This document shows positions 62,591-64,000 of a stretch of 64,000 nucleotides of DNA, in pieces. This DNA is from Octopus sinensis (taxonomy: Eukaryota). A model generated the notes under the pieces. It saw nothing but the letters and a program-made list of their open reading frames with translations. It ran no database searches and was not told the DNA's origin. The stretch covers positions 86,986,001 through 87,050,000 of the forward strand of contig NC_043005.1 of assembly GCF_006345805.1 (NCBI RefSeq). Direction: 5' to 3'. Numbering within the stretch: position 1 is the stretch's first letter; each line of letters opens with the position of its first letter. Position numbers and translations under genes: made by a program.

Positions 62591-63599
62591 TTTGGGTGAA
62601 GATGGACAAGAATGGCACATTCATGATTGAAATGGAAGCACATAGCGATCTGTTGTGTATAAGAGTATCTGATCGATACTGTAATAGGTGTGTGTTTGCG
62701 TGCGTGAGTGTATGATTGTGTGTGTAGATATGTATGTTTGTGTGTACGTATGTATGGATATCATTATTTAGTTTTATTTCAAGATTTCTTGCCAATAGCA
62801 AAAGAGCCGGTTTCTTACCTAGATTCAAGGCTCCATTGGAATTCCAACAACACCGTATTTTTGTATTTATTTATGTACGTATGTATCTATGTATGCATGC
62901 ACGTATGCATGTTTGCGTGTCTGCATGTATACATGCATGTATGTATGCATAAGTGCAGATTTGTATATTTAGTTTTATTAATGTCTTCTCATGCATATAG
63001 TTGCAATTCTAGACATGTTCGTATATGCTTAAATAATAAACATCTGGGAAGTTTTACAGATTTTTACAGTTCCACTGATGGCTTTGGATATGTAGTCTTC
63101 GAGTCAGATTTTTCTTTTCTGGATTCGAGAAGCCTAATTTTTCAATATTTATGTGTGTATGTATGTATGTATGTATGTATGTATGTATGTATGTATGAAT
63201 GTATGTATGTATGTATGTATGTATGTATGTATGTATGTATGTATGTATGTATGTATGTATGTATATATGCATGTATGTGTGAATGCATGCATATATGTAT
63301 GAATATAATTTTAAAAGATGTTTGGGAATGATTTCTAAATTATTGTATATGTAATCTCCTAAAAGGTATTAATTAGAGTTTTATTATTTACATTATTTAC
63401 ATTATTTACATTTGACGGATATTTATCCTCATTTTGTTTGTTGTTAACACAAGGTTTCGGCTAATATACCCTCCAGCCGTCATAATTTGTCTTGGGGAAA
63501 TTTCGTACCTGTCTTCTCATTCCTAAGGTATTTCTCGATGTTGTTATTGTTATCATTATTATTATCATTATTATTATTATTATTATTATTATTGTTATT

Positions 63600-64000
63600 A
63601 TATGTTTGACTTTTGCTTTATGTCTGTACAAGTTGGCTCCAAGTCTCACCCAGAGACCTCAAGAGACAACAGGTTGGAAGTTAACGTTGTTGTTATGCCT
63701 AGTGTGCCATATATTTGGGATTTTTTGGTGTTGTACTAGTGAATGTCTAGTACATAAAAAAAAAGTTTGTTTTAAACCTTGGGATTACATAGAGAGTATT
63801 TTGCGTAGGATATGAGCAGTTCCCATGAGCACTATCTTTTGAATTTCTGCCATTTTGGGGTTTCCTGGTATCTGAGTTAGGTAGCAATCAGTCCTTTTCG
63901 CTATCATTCCCAGGGCACCTATGACAACAGGTGTTGTTTTAGTCTTCATCTTCCACATTTTGCTGATTTCTATTTCAAGGTATTTATATTTGCTCAGTTT
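63600..64000 (-). mobile_element. 3' end of an R4/Dong-like non-LTR element with (AAT)n tail (63543-63600)
   Basis: KYKYLEIEISKMW..PVVIGALG..IQKIVLMGTAHILRKILSM*. Confidence 0.85.

Overview
AT-rich, microsatellite-dense animal genomic DNA with no host protein-coding gene that I can support. The SINE and repeat families look cephalopod (Octopus-like); this is recognition from memory, not a database result. The window is a mosaic of transposons. (1) A ~10.4 kb Penelope-like element (PLE, probably Hydra clade; RT YRDD plus C-terminal GIY-YIG) at 17.9-28.3 kb. It has unusually long (~3.5 kb) pseudo-LTRs carrying minimal type I hammerhead ribozymes (HHRs) and an array of a recurring ~30-nt motif. 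(2) A full-length Helitron (50824-56417) whose RepHel ORF is broken by a single 1-nt insertion and carries six 23-aa STPR-like repeats. (3) Decayed Tx1/L1, CR1-group, R4/Dong-like and RTE LINEs, further PLE remnants, mariner/Tc1/piggyBac derivatives and tRNA-derived SINEs. (4) At least a dozen HHR or HHR-like motifs from several families. Some of these have very large loop II inserts and an upstream anti-stem-II sequence that could act as a folding switch. Coordinates were counted by hand, so element boundaries are approximate.
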